Origin: Eledone cirrhosa
Taxonomy: Eukaryota
Assembly: GCA_964016885.1 (NCBI GenBank)
Contig: OZ024758.1
Coordinates: 34,782,001-34,846,000, forward strand
Reading direction: 5' to 3'
DNA length: 64,000 bases
This document shows, piece by piece, positions 51,901-64,000 of this stretch. Position 1 is the first letter of the stretch. Each line of letters begins with the position of its first letter. Below the pieces are notes generated by a model that worked only from the letters and a program-made list of their open reading frames with translations, was not told where the DNA came from and did no database searches. Both the position numbers and the translations under genes were made by a program.

Positions 51901-54900
51901 AGTCATGGTATTAGCTGTCAGAAGTAACTCCACTGTTGGTGAGAATTCATTTAAGTTCATGGTATTAGCTGTCAGAGGTAACTCCACTGTTGGTGAGAAT
52001 TCATTTAAGTTCATGGTATTAGCTGTCAGAAGTAACTCCACTGTTGGTGAGAATTCATTTACGTTCATGGTATTAGTTTGTCAGAAGTAACTCCACTGTT
52101 GGTGAGAATTCATTTAAGTCATGGTATTAGTTGTCAGAAGTAACTCCAATGTTGGTGAGAATTCATTTAAGTTCATGGTAATAGCTGTCAGAAGTAACTC
52201 CACTGTTGGTGAGAATTCATTTAAGTCATGGTATTAGCTGTCAGAAGTAACTCCAATGTTGGTGAGAATTCATTTAAGTCATGGTACTAGCTGTCAGAAG
52301 TCACTCCACTGTTGGTGAGAATTCATTTAAGTTCATGGTACTAGCTGTCAGAAGTAACCCCAATGTTGGTGAGAATTCATTTAAGTTCATGGTATTAGCT
52401 GTCAGAAGTCACTCCAATGTTGGTGAGAATTCATTTAAGTTCATGGTATTAGCTGTCAGAAGTAACTCCACTGTTGGTAAGAATTCATTTAAGTTCATGG
52501 TATTAGCTGTCAGAAGTAACTCCACTGTTGGTGAGAATTCATTTAAGTTCATGGTATTAGCTGTCAGAAGGAACGCCACTGTTGGTGAGAATTCATTTAA
52601 GTTCATGGTATTAGCTGTCAGAAGTAACTCCACTGTTGGTGAGAATTCATTTAAGTTCATGGTACTAGCTGTCAGAAGTAACTCCAATGTTGGTGAGAAT
52701 TCATTTAAGTTCATGGTATTAGCTGTCAGAAGGAACTCCACTGTTGCTGAGAATTCATTTAAGTTCATGGTATTAGCTGTCAGAAGTAACTCCACTGTTG
52801 GTGAGAATTCATTTAAGTTCATGGTACTAGCTGTCAGAAGTAACTCCACTGTTGGTGAGAATTCATTTAAGTTCATGGTATTAGCTGTCAGAAGTCACTC
52901 CAATGTTGGTGAGAATTCATTTAAGTTCATGGTATTAGCTGTCAGAAGTCACTCCACTGTTGGTGAGAATTCATTTAAGTTCATGGTACTAGCTGTCAGA
53001 AGTAACCCCAATGTTGGTGAGAATTCATTTAAGTCATGGTATTAGCTGTCAGAAGTAACTCCACTGTTGGTGAGAATTCATTTAAGTTCATGGTATTAGC
53101 CGTCAGAAGTAACTCCACTGTTGGTGAGAATTCATTTAAGTTCATGGTATTAGCTGTCAGAAGTAACTCCACTGTTGGTGAGAATTCATTTAAGTTCATG
53201 GTATTAGTTTGTCAGAAGTAACTCCACTGTTGGTGAGAATTCATTTAAGTCATGGTATTAGTTGTCAGAAGTAACTCCAATGTTGGTGAGAATTCATTTA
53301 AGTTCATGGTACTAGCTGTCAGAAGTAACTCCACTGTTGGTGAGAATTCATTTAAGTTCATGGTAATAGCTGTCAGAAGTAACTCCACTGTTGGTGAGAA
53401 TTCATTTAAGTCATGTTATTAGCTGTCAGAAGTAACTCCAATGTTGGTGAGAATTCATTTAAGTCATGGTACTAGCTGTCAGAAGTAACTCCAATGTTGG
53501 TGAGAATTCATTTAAGTTCATGGTATTAGCTGTCAGAAGTAACTCCACTGTTGGTGAGAATTCATTTAAGTTCATGGTATTAGCTGTCAGAAGTAACTCC
53601 ACTGTTGGTGAGAATTCATTTAAGTCATGGTATTCGCTGTCAGAAGTAACTCCACTGTTGGTGAGAATACATTTAAGTTCATGGTATTAGCTGTCAGAAG
53701 GAACGCCACTGTTGGTGAGAATTCATTTAAGTTCATGGTATTAGCTGTCAGAAGTAACTCCACTGTTGGTGAGAATTCATTTAATTTCATGGTATTAGCT
53801 GTCAGAAGTAACTCCACTGTTGGTGAGAATTCATTTAAGTTCATGGTACTAGCTGTCAGAAGTAACTCCAATGTTGGTGAGAATTAATTTAAGTTCATGG
53901 TATTAGCTGTCAGAAGTAACTCCACTGTTGGTGAGAATTCATTTAAGTCATGGTATTAGCTGTCAGAAGTAACTCCACTGTTGGTGAGAATTCATTTAAG
54001 TTCATGGTATTAGCTGTCAGAAGGAACTCCACTGTTGGTGAGAATTCATTTAAGTTCATGGTATTAGCTGTCAGAAGGAACTCCACTGTTGGTGAGAATT
54101 CATTTAAGTTCATGGTATTAGCTGTCAGAAGGAACTCCAATGTTGGTGAGAATTCATTTAAGTCATGGTACTAGCTGTCAGAAGTAACTCCACTGTTGGT
54201 GAGAATTCATTTAAGTTCATGGTATTAGCTGTCAGAAGGAACTCCACTGTTGGTGAGAATTCATTTAAGTTCATGGTATTAGCTGTCAGAAGGAACGCCA
54301 CTGTTGGTGAGAATTCATTTAAGTTCATGGTATTAGCTGTCAGAAGTAACTCCACTGTTGGTGAGAATTCATTTAAGTTCATGGTACTAGCTGTCAGAAG
54401 TAACTCCAATGTTGGTGAGAATTCATTTAAGTTCATGGTATTAGCTGTCAGAAGTAACTCCACTGTTGGTGAGAATTCATTTAAGTCATGGTATTAGCTG
54501 TCAGAAGTAACTCCACTGTTGGTGAGAATTCATTTAAGTTCATGGTATTAGCTGTCAGAAGGAACTCCACTGTTGGTGAGAATTCATTTAAGTTCATGGT
54601 ACTAGCTGTCAGAAGTAACTCCAATGTTGGTGAGAATTCATTTAAGTTCATGGTATTAGCTGCCAGAAGTAACTCCACTGTTGGTGAGTATTCATTTAAG
54701 TCATGGTATTAGCTGTCAGAAGTAACTCCACTGTTGGTGAGAATTCATTTAAGTTCATGGTATTAGCTGTCAGAAGTAACTCCACTGTTGGTGAGAATTC
54801 ATTTAAGTTCATGGTATTAGCTGTCAGAAGTAACTCCACTGTTGGTGAGAATTCATTTACGTTCATGGTATTAGTTTGTCAGAAGTAACTCCACTGTTGG

Positions 54901-57900
54901 TGAGAATTCATTTAAGTCATGGTATTAGTTGTCAGAAGTAACTCCAATGTTGGTGAGAATTCATTTAAGTTCATGGTAATAGCTGTCAGAAGTAACTCCA
55001 CTGTTGGTGAGAATTCATTTAAGTCATGGTATTAGCTGTCAGAAGTAACTCCAATGTTGGTGAGAATTCATTTAAGTCATGGTACTAGCTGTCAGAAGTC
55101 ACTCCACTGTTGGTGAGAATTCATTTAAGTTCATGGTACTAGCTGTCAGAAGTAACCCCAATGTTGGTGAGAATTCATTTAAGTTCATGGTATTAGCTGT
55201 CAGAAGTCACTCCAATGTTGGTGAGAATTCATTTAAGTTCATGGTATTAGCTGTCAGAAGTAACTCCACTGTTGGTAAGAATTCATTTAAGTTCATGGTA
55301 TTAGCTGTCAGAAGTAACTCCACTGTTGGTGAGAATTCATTTAAGTTCATGGTATTAGCTGTCAGAAGGAACGCCACTGTTGGTGAGAATTCATTTAAGT
55401 TCATGGTATTAGCTGTCAGAAGTAACTCCACTGTTGGTGAGAATTCATTTAAGTTCATGGTACTAGCTGTCAGAAGTAACTCCAATGTTGGTGAGAATTC
55501 ATTTAAGTTCATGGTATTAGCTGTCAGAAGGAACTCCACTGTTGCTGAGAATTCATTTAAGTTCATGGTATTAGCTGTCAGAAGTAACTCCACTGTTGGT
55601 GAGAATTCATTTAAGTTCATGGTACTAGCTGTCAGAAGTAACTCCACTGTTGGTGAGAATTCATTTAAGTTCATGGTATTAGCTGTCAGAAGTCACTCCA
55701 ATGTTGGTGAGAATTCATTTAAGTTCATGGTATTAGCTGTCAGAAGTCACTCCACTGTTGGTGAGAATTCATTTAAGTTCATGGTACTAGCTGTCAGAAG
55801 TAACCCCAATGTTGGTGAGAATTCATTTAAGTCATGGTATTAGCTGTCAGAAGTAACTCCACTGTTGGTGAGAATTCATTTAAGTTCATGGTATTAGCTG
55901 TCAGAAGTAACTCCACTGTTGGTGAGAATTCATTTAAGTTCATGGTATTAGCTGTCAGAAGTAACTCCACTGTTGGTGAGAATTCATTTAAGTTCATGGT
56001 ATTAGTTTGTCAGAAGTAACTCCACTGTTGGTGAGAATTCATTTAAGTCATGGTATTAGTTGTCAGAAGTAACTCCAATGTTGGTGAGAATTCATTTAAG
56101 TTCATGGTACTAGCTGTCAGAAGTAACTCCACTGTTGGTGAGAATTCATTTAAGTTCATGGTAATAGCTGTCAGAAGTAATTCCACTGTTGGTGAGAATT
56201 CATTTAAGTCATGTTATTAGCTGTCAGAAGTAACTCCAATGTTGGTGAGATTTCATTTAAGTCATGGTACTAGCTGTCAGAAGTAACTCCAATGTTGATG
56301 AGAATTCATTTAAGTTCATGGTATTAGCTGTCAGAAGTAACTCCACTGTTGGTGAGAATTCATTTAAGTTCATGGTATTAGCTGTCAGAAGTAACTCCAC
56401 TGTTGGTGAGAATTCATTTAAGTCATGGTATTAGCTGTCAGAAGTAACTCCACTGTTGGTGAGAATTCATTTAAGTTCATGGTATTAGCTGTCAGAAGGA
56501 ACGCCACTGTTGGTGAGAATTCATTTAAGTTCATGGTATTAGCTGTCAGAAGTAACTCCACTGTTGGTGAGAATTCATTTAATTTCATGGTATTAGCTGT
56601 CAGAAGTAACTCCACTGTTGGTGAGAATTCATTTAAGTTCATGGTACTAGCTGTCAGAAGTAACTCCAATGTTGGTGAGAATTCATTTAAGTTCATGGTA
56701 TTAGCTGTCAGAAGTAACTCCACTGTTGGTGAGAATTCATTTAAGTCATGGTATTAGCTGTCAGAAGTAACTCCACTGTTGGTGAGAATTCATTTAAGTT
56801 CATGGTATTAGCTGTCAGAAGGAACTCCACTGTTGGTGAGAATTCATTTAAGTTCATGGTACTAGCTGTCAGAAGTAACTCCAATGTTGGTGAGAATCAT
56901 TTAAGTTCGTGGTATTAGCTGTCAGAAGTAACTCCACTGTTGGTGAGTATTCATTTAAGTCATGGTATTAGCTGTCAGAAGTAACTCCACTGTTGGTGAG
57001 AATTCATTTAAGTTCATGGTATTAGCTGTCAGAGGTAACTCCACTGTTGGTGAGAATTCATTTAAGTTCATGGTATTAGCTGTCAGAAGTAACTCCACTG
57101 TTGGTGAGAATTCATTTACGTTCATGGTATTAGTTTGTCAGAAGTAACTCCACTGTTGGTGAGAATTCATTTAAGTCATGGTATTAGTTGTCAGAAGTAA
57201 CTCCAATGTTGGTGAGAATTCATTTAAGTTCATGGTAATAGCTGTCAGAAGTAACTCCACTGTTGGTGAGAATTCATTTAAGTCATGGTATTAGCTGTCA
57301 GAAGTAACTCCAATGTTGGTGAGAATTCATTTAAGTCATGGTACTAGCTGTCAGAAGTCACTCCACTGTTGGTGAGAATTCATTTAAGTTCATGGTACTA
57401 GCTGTCAGAAGTAACCCCAATGTTGGTGAGAATTCATTTAAGTTCATGGTATTAGCTGTCAGAAGTCACTCCAATGTTGGTGAGAATTCATTTAAGTTCA
57501 TGGTATTAGCTGTCAGAAGTAACTCCACTGTTGGTAAGAATTCATTTAAGTTCATGGTATTAGCTGTCAGAAGTAACTCCACTGTTGGTGAGAATTCATT
57601 TAAGTTCATGGTATTAGCTGTCAGAAGGAACGCCACTGTTGGTGAGAATTCATTTAAGTTCATGGTATTAGCTGTCAGAAGTAACTCCACTGTTGGTGAG
57701 AATTCATTTAAGTTCATGGTACTAGCTGTCAGAAGTAACTCCAATGTTGGTGAGAATTCATTTAAGTTCATGGTATTAGCTGTCAGAAGGAACTCCACTG
57801 TTGCTGAGAATTCATTTAAGTTCATGGTATTAGCTGTCAGAAGTAACTCCACTGTTGGTGAGAATTCATTTAAGTTCATGGTACTAGCTGTCAGAAGTAA

Positions 57901-59115
57901 CTCCACTGTTGGTGAGAATTCATTTAAGTTCATGGTATTAGCTGTCAGAAGTCACTCCAATGTTGGTGAGAATTCATTTAAGTTCATGGTATTAGCTGTC
58001 AGAAGTCACTCCACTGTTGGTGAGAATTCATTTAAGTTCATGGTACTAGCTGTCAGAAGTAACCCCAATGTTGGTGAGAATTCATTTAAGTCATGGTATT
58101 AGCTGACAGAAGTAACTCCACTGTTGGTGAGAATTCATTTAAGTTCATGGTATTAGCTGTCAGAAGTAACTCCACTGTTGGTGAGAATTCATTTAAGTTC
58201 ATGGTATTAGCTGTCAGAAGTAACTCCACTGTTGGTGAGAATTCATTTAAGTTCATGGTATTAGTTTGTCAGAAGTAACTCCACTGTTGGTGAGAATTCA
58301 TTTAAGTCATGGTATTAGTTGTCAGAAGTAACTCCAATGTTGGTGAGAATTCATTTAAGTTCATGGTACTAGCTGTCAGAAGTAACTCCACTGTTGGTGA
58401 GAATTCATTTAAGTTCATGGTAATAGCTGTCAGAAGTAACTCCACTGTTGGTGAGAATTCATTTAAGTCATGTTATTAGCTGTCAGAAGTAACTCCAATG
58501 TTGGTGAGAATTCATTTAAGTCATGGTACTAGCTGTCAGAAGTAACTCCAATGTTGGTGAGAATTCATTTAAGTTCATGGTATTAGCTGTCAGAAGTAAC
58601 TCCACTGTTGGTGAGAATTCATTTAAGTTCATGGTATTAGCTGTCAGAAGTAACTCCACTGTTGGTGAGAATTCATTTAAGTCATGGTATTAGCTGTCAG
58701 AAGTAACTCCACTGTTGGTGAGAATACATTTAAGTTCATGGTATTAGCTGTCAGAAGGAACGCCACTGTTGGTGAGAATTCATTTAAGTTCATGGTATTA
58801 GCTGTCAGAAGTAACTCCACTGTTGGTGAGAATTCATTTAATTTCATGGTATTAGCTGTCAGAAGTAACTCCACTGTTGGTGAGAATTCATTTAAGTTCA
58901 TGGTACTAGCTGTCAGAAGTAACTCCAATGTTGGTGAGAATTAATTTAAGTTCATGGTATTAGCTGTCAGAAGTAACTCCACTGTTGGTGAGAATTCATT
59001 TAAGTCATGGTATTAGCTGTCAGAAGTAACTCCACTGTTGGTGAGAATTCATTTAAGTTCATGGTATTAGCTGTCAGAAGGAACTCCACTGTTGGTGAGA
59101 ATTCATTTAAGTTCA
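48990..59115. repeat. Complete tandem duplication with 5057-bp period (94 monomers), each copy containing a 2259-bp (42-monomer) HOR repeat
   Basis: ORF starts 49431/54488, 50022/55079, 51368/56425, 52281/57338, 53627/58684 and 53950/59007. Internal offset 2259 at 50022/52281 and 55079/57338. The rare deletion GAGAATCAT is shared at about 51835 and 56892. Confidence 0.93.
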
Positions 59116-61050
59116 TGGTACTAGCTGTCAGAAGTAACTCCAATGTTGGTGAGAATTCATTTAAGTTCATGGTATTAGCTGTCAGAAGGAACTCCACTGT
59201 TGCTGAGAATTCATTTAAGTTCATGGTATTAGCTGTCAGAAGTAACTCCACTGTTGGTGAGAATTCATTTAAGTTCATGGTACTAGCTGTCAGAAGTAAC
59301 TCCACTGTTGGTGAGAATTCATTTAAGTTCATGGTATTAGCTGTCAGAAGTCACTCCAATGTTGGTGAGAATTCATTTAAGTTCATGGTATTAGCTGTCA
59401 GAAGTCACTCCACTGTTGGTGAGAATTCATTTAAGTTCATGGTACTAGCTGTCAGAAGTAACCCCAATGTTGGTGAGAATTCATTTAAGTTCATGGTACT
59501 AGCTGTCAGAAGTAACTCCACTGTTGGTGAGAATTCATTTAAGTTCATGGTATTAGCTGTCAGAAGTCACTCCACTGTTGGTGAGAATTCATTTAAGTTC
59601 ATGGTACTAGCTGTCAGAAGTAACCCCAATGTTGGTGAGAATTCATTTAAGTCATGGTATTAGCTGTCAGAAGTAACTCCACTGTTGGTGAGAATTCATT
59701 TAAGTTCATGGTATTAGCTGTCAGAAGTAACTCCACTGTTGGTGAGAATTCATTTAAGTTCATGGTATTAGCTGTCAGAAGTAACTCCACTGTTGGTGAG
59801 AATTCATTTAAGTTCATGGTATTAGTTTGTCAGAAGTAACTCCACTGTTGGTGAGAATTCATTTAAGTCATGGTATTAGTTGTCAGAAGTAACTCCAATG
59901 TTGGTGAGAATTCATTTAAGTTCATGGTACTAGCTGTCAGAAGTAACTCCACTGTTGGTGAGAATTCATTTAAGTTCATGGTAATAGCTGTCAGAAGTAA
60001 CTCCACTGTTGGTGAGAATTCATTTAAGTCATGTTATTAGCTGTCAGAAGTAACTCCAATGTTGGTGAGAATTCATTTAAGTCATGGTACTAGCTGTCAG
60101 AAGTAACTCCAATGTTGGTGAGAATTCATTTAAGTTCATGGTATTAGCTGTCAGAAGTAACTCCACTGTTGGTGAGAATTCATTTAAGTTCATGGTATTA
60201 GCTGTCAGAAGTAACTCCACTGTTGGTGAGAATTCATTTAAGTCATGGTATTAGCTGTCAGAAGTAACTCCACTGTTGGTGAGAATACATTTAAGTTCAT
60301 GGTATTAGCTGTCAGAAGGAACGCCACTGTTGGTGAGAATTCATTTAAGTTCATGGTATTAGCTGTCAGAAGTAACTCCACTGTTGGTGAGAATTCATTT
60401 AATTTCATGGTATTAGCTGTCAGAAGTAACTCCACTGTTGGTGAGAATTCATTTAAGTTCATGGTACTAGCTGTCAGAAGTAACTCCAATGTTGGTGAGA
60501 ATTAATTTAAGTTCATGGTATTAGCTGTCAGAAGTAACTCCACTGTTGGTGAGAATTCATTTAAGTCATGGTATTAGCTGTCAGAAGTAACTCCACTGTT
60601 GGTGAGAATTCATTTAAGTTCATGGTATTAGCTGTCAGAAGGAACTCCACTGTTGGTGAGAATTCATTTAAGTTCATGGTACTAGCTGTCAGAAGTAACT
60701 CCAATGTTGGTGAGAATTCATTTAAGTTCATGGTATTAGCTGTCAGAAGGAACTCCACTGTTGCTGAGAATTCATTTAAGTTCATGGTATTAGCTGTCAG
60801 AAGTAACTCCACTGTTGGTGAGAATTCATTTAAGTTCATGGTACTAGCTGTCAGAAGTAACTCCACTGTTGGTGAGAATTCATTTAAGTTCATGGTATTA
60901 GCTGTCAGAAGTCACTCCAATGTTGGTGAGAATTCATTTAAGTTCATGGTATTAGCTGTCAGAAGTCACTCCACTGTTGGTGAGAATTCATTTAAGTTCA
61001 TGGTACTAGCTGTCAGAAGTAACCCCAATGTTGGTGAGAATTCATTTAAG
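57980..61050. repeat. 1561-bp (29-monomer) tandem duplication
   Basis: ORF starts 58093/59654, 58684/60245 and 59007/60568. Shared GAATACAT and GAATTAAT variants. Confidence 0.88.
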
Positions 61051-61052
61051 TC

Positions 61053-64000
61053 ATGGTATTAGCTGTCAGAAGTAACTCCACTGTTGGTGAGAATTCATTT
61101 AAGTTCATGGTATTAGCTGTCAGAAGTAACTCCACTGTTGGTGAGAATTCATTTAAGTTCATGGTATTAGCTGTCAGAAGTAACTCCACTGTTGGTGAGA
61201 ATTCATTTAAGTTCATGGTATTAGTTTGTCAGAAGTAACTCCACTGTTGGTGAGAATTCATTTAAGTCATGGTATTAGTTGTCAGAAGTAACTCCAATGT
61301 TGGTGAGAATTCATTTAAGTTCATGGTACTAGCTGTCAGAAGTAACTCCACTGTTGGTGAGAATTCATTTAAGTTCATGGTAATAGCTGTCAGAAGTAAC
61401 TCCACTGTTGGTGAGAATTCATTTAAGTCATGTTATTAGCTGTCAGAAGTAACTCCAATGTTGGTGAGAATTCATTTAAGTCATGGTACTAGCTGTCAGA
61501 AGTAACTCCAATGTTGGTGAGAATTCATTTAAGTTCATGGTATTAGCTGTCAGAAGTAACTCCACTGTTGGTGAGAATTCATTTAAGTTCATGGTATTAG
61601 CTGTCAGAAGTAACTCCACTGTTGGTGAGAATTCATTTAAGTCATGGTATTAGCTGTCAGAAGTAACTCCACTGTTGGTGAGAATTCATTTAAGTTCATG
61701 GTATTAGCTGTCAGAAGGAACGCCACTGTTGGTGAGAATTCATTTAAGTTCATGGTATTAGCTGTCAGAAGTAACTCCACTGTTGGTGAGAATTCATTTA
61801 ATTTCATGGTATTAGCTGTCAGAAGTAACTCCACTGTTGGTGAGAATTCATTTAAGTTCATGGTACTAGCTGTCAGAAGTAACTCCAATGTTGGTGAGAA
61901 TTCATTTAAGTTCATGGTATTAGCTGTCAGAAGTAACTCCACTGTTGGTGAGAATTCATTTAAGTCATGGTATTAGCTGTCAGAAGTAACTCCACTGTTG
62001 GTGAGAATTCATTTAAGTTCATGGTATTAGCTGTCAGAAGGAACTCCACTGTTGGTGAGAATTCATTTAAGTTCATGGTACTAGCTGTCAGAAGTAACTC
62101 CAATGTTGGTGAGAATTCATTTAAGTTCATGGTATTAGCTGTCAGAAGTAACTCCACTGTTGGTGAGTATTCATTTAAGTCATGGTATTAGCTGTCAGAA
62201 GTAACTCCACTGTTGGTGAGAATTCATTTAAGTTCATGGTATTAGCTGTCAGAGGTAACTCCACTGTTGGTGAGAATTCATTTAAGTTCATGGTATTAGC
62301 TGTCAGAAGTAACTCCACTGTTGGTGAGAATTCATTTACGTTCATGGTATTAGTTTGTCAGAAGTAACTCCACTGTTGGTGAGAATTCATTTAAGTCATG
62401 GTATTAGTTGTCAGAAGTAACTCCAATGTTGGTGAGAATTCATTTAAGTTCATGGTAATAGCTGTCAGAAGTAACTCCACTGTTGGTGAGAATTCATTTA
62501 AGTCATGGTATTAGCTGTCAGAAGTAACTCCAATGTTGGTGAGAATTCATTTAAGTCATGGTACTAGCTGTCAGAAGTCACTCCACTGTTGGTGAGAATT
62601 CATTTAAGTTCATGGTACTAGCTGTCAGAAGTAACCCCAATGTTGGTGAGAATTCATTTAAGTTCATGGTATTAGCTGTCAGAAGTCACTCCAATGTTGG
62701 TGAGAATTCATTTAAGTTCATGGTATTAGCTGTCAGAAGTAACTCCACTGTTGGTAAGAATTCATTTAAGTTCATGGTATTAGCTGTCAGAAGTAACTCC
62801 ACTGTTGGTGAGAATTCATTTAAGTTCATGGTATTAGCTGTCAGAAGGAACGCCACTGTTGGTGAGAATTCATTTAAGTTCATGGTATTAGCTGTCAGAA
62901 GTAACTCCACTGTTGGTGAGAATTCATTTAAGTTCATGGTACTAGCTGTCAGAAGTAACTCCAATGTTGGTGAGAATTCATTTAAGTTCATGGTATTAGC
63001 TGTCAGAAGGAACTCCACTGTTGCTGAGAATTCATTTAAGTTCATGGTATTAGCTGTCAGAAGTAACTCCACTGTTGGTGAGAATTCATTTAAGTTCATG
63101 GTACTAGCTGTCAGAAGTAACTCCACTGTTGGTGAGAATTCATTTAAGTTCATGGTATTAGCTGTCAGAAGTCACTCCAATGTTGGTGAGAATTCATTTA
63201 AGTTCATGGTATTAGCTGTCAGAAGTCACTCCACTGTTGGTGAGAATTCATTTAAGTTCATGGTACTAGCTGTCAGAAGTAACCCCAATGTTGGTGAGAA
63301 ATCATTTAAGTCATGGTATTAGCTGTCAGAAGTAACTCCACTGTTGGTGAGAATTCATTTAAGTTCATGGTATTAGCTGTCAGAAGTAACTCCACTGTTG
63401 GTGAGAATTCATTTAAGTTCATGGTATTAGCTGTCAGAAGTAACTCCACTGTTGGTGAGAATTCATTTAAGTTCATGGTATTAGTTTGTCAGAAGTAACT
63501 CCACTGTTGGTGAGAATTCATTTAAGTCATGGTATTAGTTGTCAGAAGTAACTCCAATGTTGGTGAGAATTCATTTAAGTTCATGGTACTAGCTGTCAGA
63601 AGTAACTCCACTGTTGATGAGAATTCATTTAAGTTCATGGTAATAGCTGTCAGAAGTAACTCCACTGTTGGTGAGAATTCATTTAAGTCATGTTATTAGC
63701 TGTCAGAAGTAACTCCAATGTTGGTGAGAATTCATTTAAGTCATGGTACTAGCTGTCAGAAGTAACTCCAATGTTGGTGAGAATTCATTTAAGTTCATGG
63801 TATTAGCTGTCAGAAGTAACTCCACTGTTGGTGAGAATTCATTTAAGTTCATGGTATTAGCTGTCAGAAGTAACTCCACTGTTGGTGAGAATTCATTTAA
63901 GTCATGGTATTAGCTGTCAGAAGTAACTCCACTGTTGGTGAGAATACATTTAAGTTCATGGTATTAGCTGTCAGAAGGAACGCCACTGTTGGTGAGAATT
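61053..64000. repeat. Further copy of the 42-monomer HOR (2260 bp), continuing off the window end
   Basis: Offset 2260 at 61053/63313. The 254-aa ORF pattern at 62558 matches those at 50022, 52281, 55079 and 57338. Confidence 0.87.

Larger units (their letters stand above)
1..64000. repeat. Tandem satellite DNA array, 54-bp monomer (53/55-bp variants), about 1,190 copies, single orientation, extending beyond both window edges
   Basis: Every line aligns to consensus ATGGTATTAGCTGTCAGAAGTAACTCCACTGTTGGTGAGAATTCATTTAAGTTC, usually with 0-3 differences per monomer. ATG recurs at 45, 99, 153, 207, 260 and so on. The window starts and ends mid-monomer. Confidence 0.99.

Noticed and set aside
45-63498. 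Hundreds of ORFs on both strands encoding MVLAVRSNSTVGENSFKF or MNLNEFSPTVELLLTANT repeats
   Set aside because: They follow automatically from an 18-codon stop-free monomer. ORF ends coincide with 1-bp indel variants, and there is no unique domain, gene context or sign of purifying selection. Not annotated as CDS.
1-64000. CRISPR array or CRISPR-like repeat-spacer system
   Set aside because: There are no unique spacers, because the entire 54 bp is repeated. No leader or cas genes are present.
1-64000. CENP-B box (NTTCGNNNNANNCGGGN) or alpha-satellite identity
   Set aside because: The consensus has no CpG and no such motif, and monomer length and sequence do not resemble 171-bp alphoid DNA.
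1-64000. Synthetic concatemer, or a sequencing or assembly artefact for the whole array
   Set aside because: Hierarchically shared and private variants forming nested duplications fit natural satellite evolution. Individual duplications still need read validation.
1-64000. Embedded transposon, inversion, tRNA/rRNA or unique-sequence island
   Set aside because: Reading through the window I saw no departure from the monomer longer than a few bases and no reverse-complement monomer. The continuous same-strand ORF pattern agrees.

Overview
The whole 64-kb window is one uninterrupted head-to-tail satellite DNA array. It holds about 1,190 copies of a 54-bp monomer, consensus ATGGTATTAGCTGTCAGAAGTAACTCCACTGTTGGTGAGAATTCATTTAAGTTC (20/54 G+C, no CpG, one EcoRI site and one AluI site). 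All copies lie in the same orientation. I found no unique DNA, gene, RNA gene, transposon, inversion or CRISPR spacer. The hundreds of ORFs in the track arise because the monomer is 18 codons long and stop-free in one frame on each strand, so I reject them as genes. The informative signal is the order of monomer variants (53-bp and 55-bp indel variants plus linked SNPs). These build nested higher-order repeats (HORs) of 215, 323, 429, 483, 753/807, 1561, 1884, 2259-2260, 5000 and 5057 bp, arranged in spatially separate sub-family domains. This is typical of a eukaryotic centromeric, pericentromeric or subtelomeric heterochromatic array. I cannot assign the organism or a named satellite family from the sequence alone. 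All offsets come from ORF-track start coordinates and by-eye comparison, so boundaries are approximate to about one monomer.
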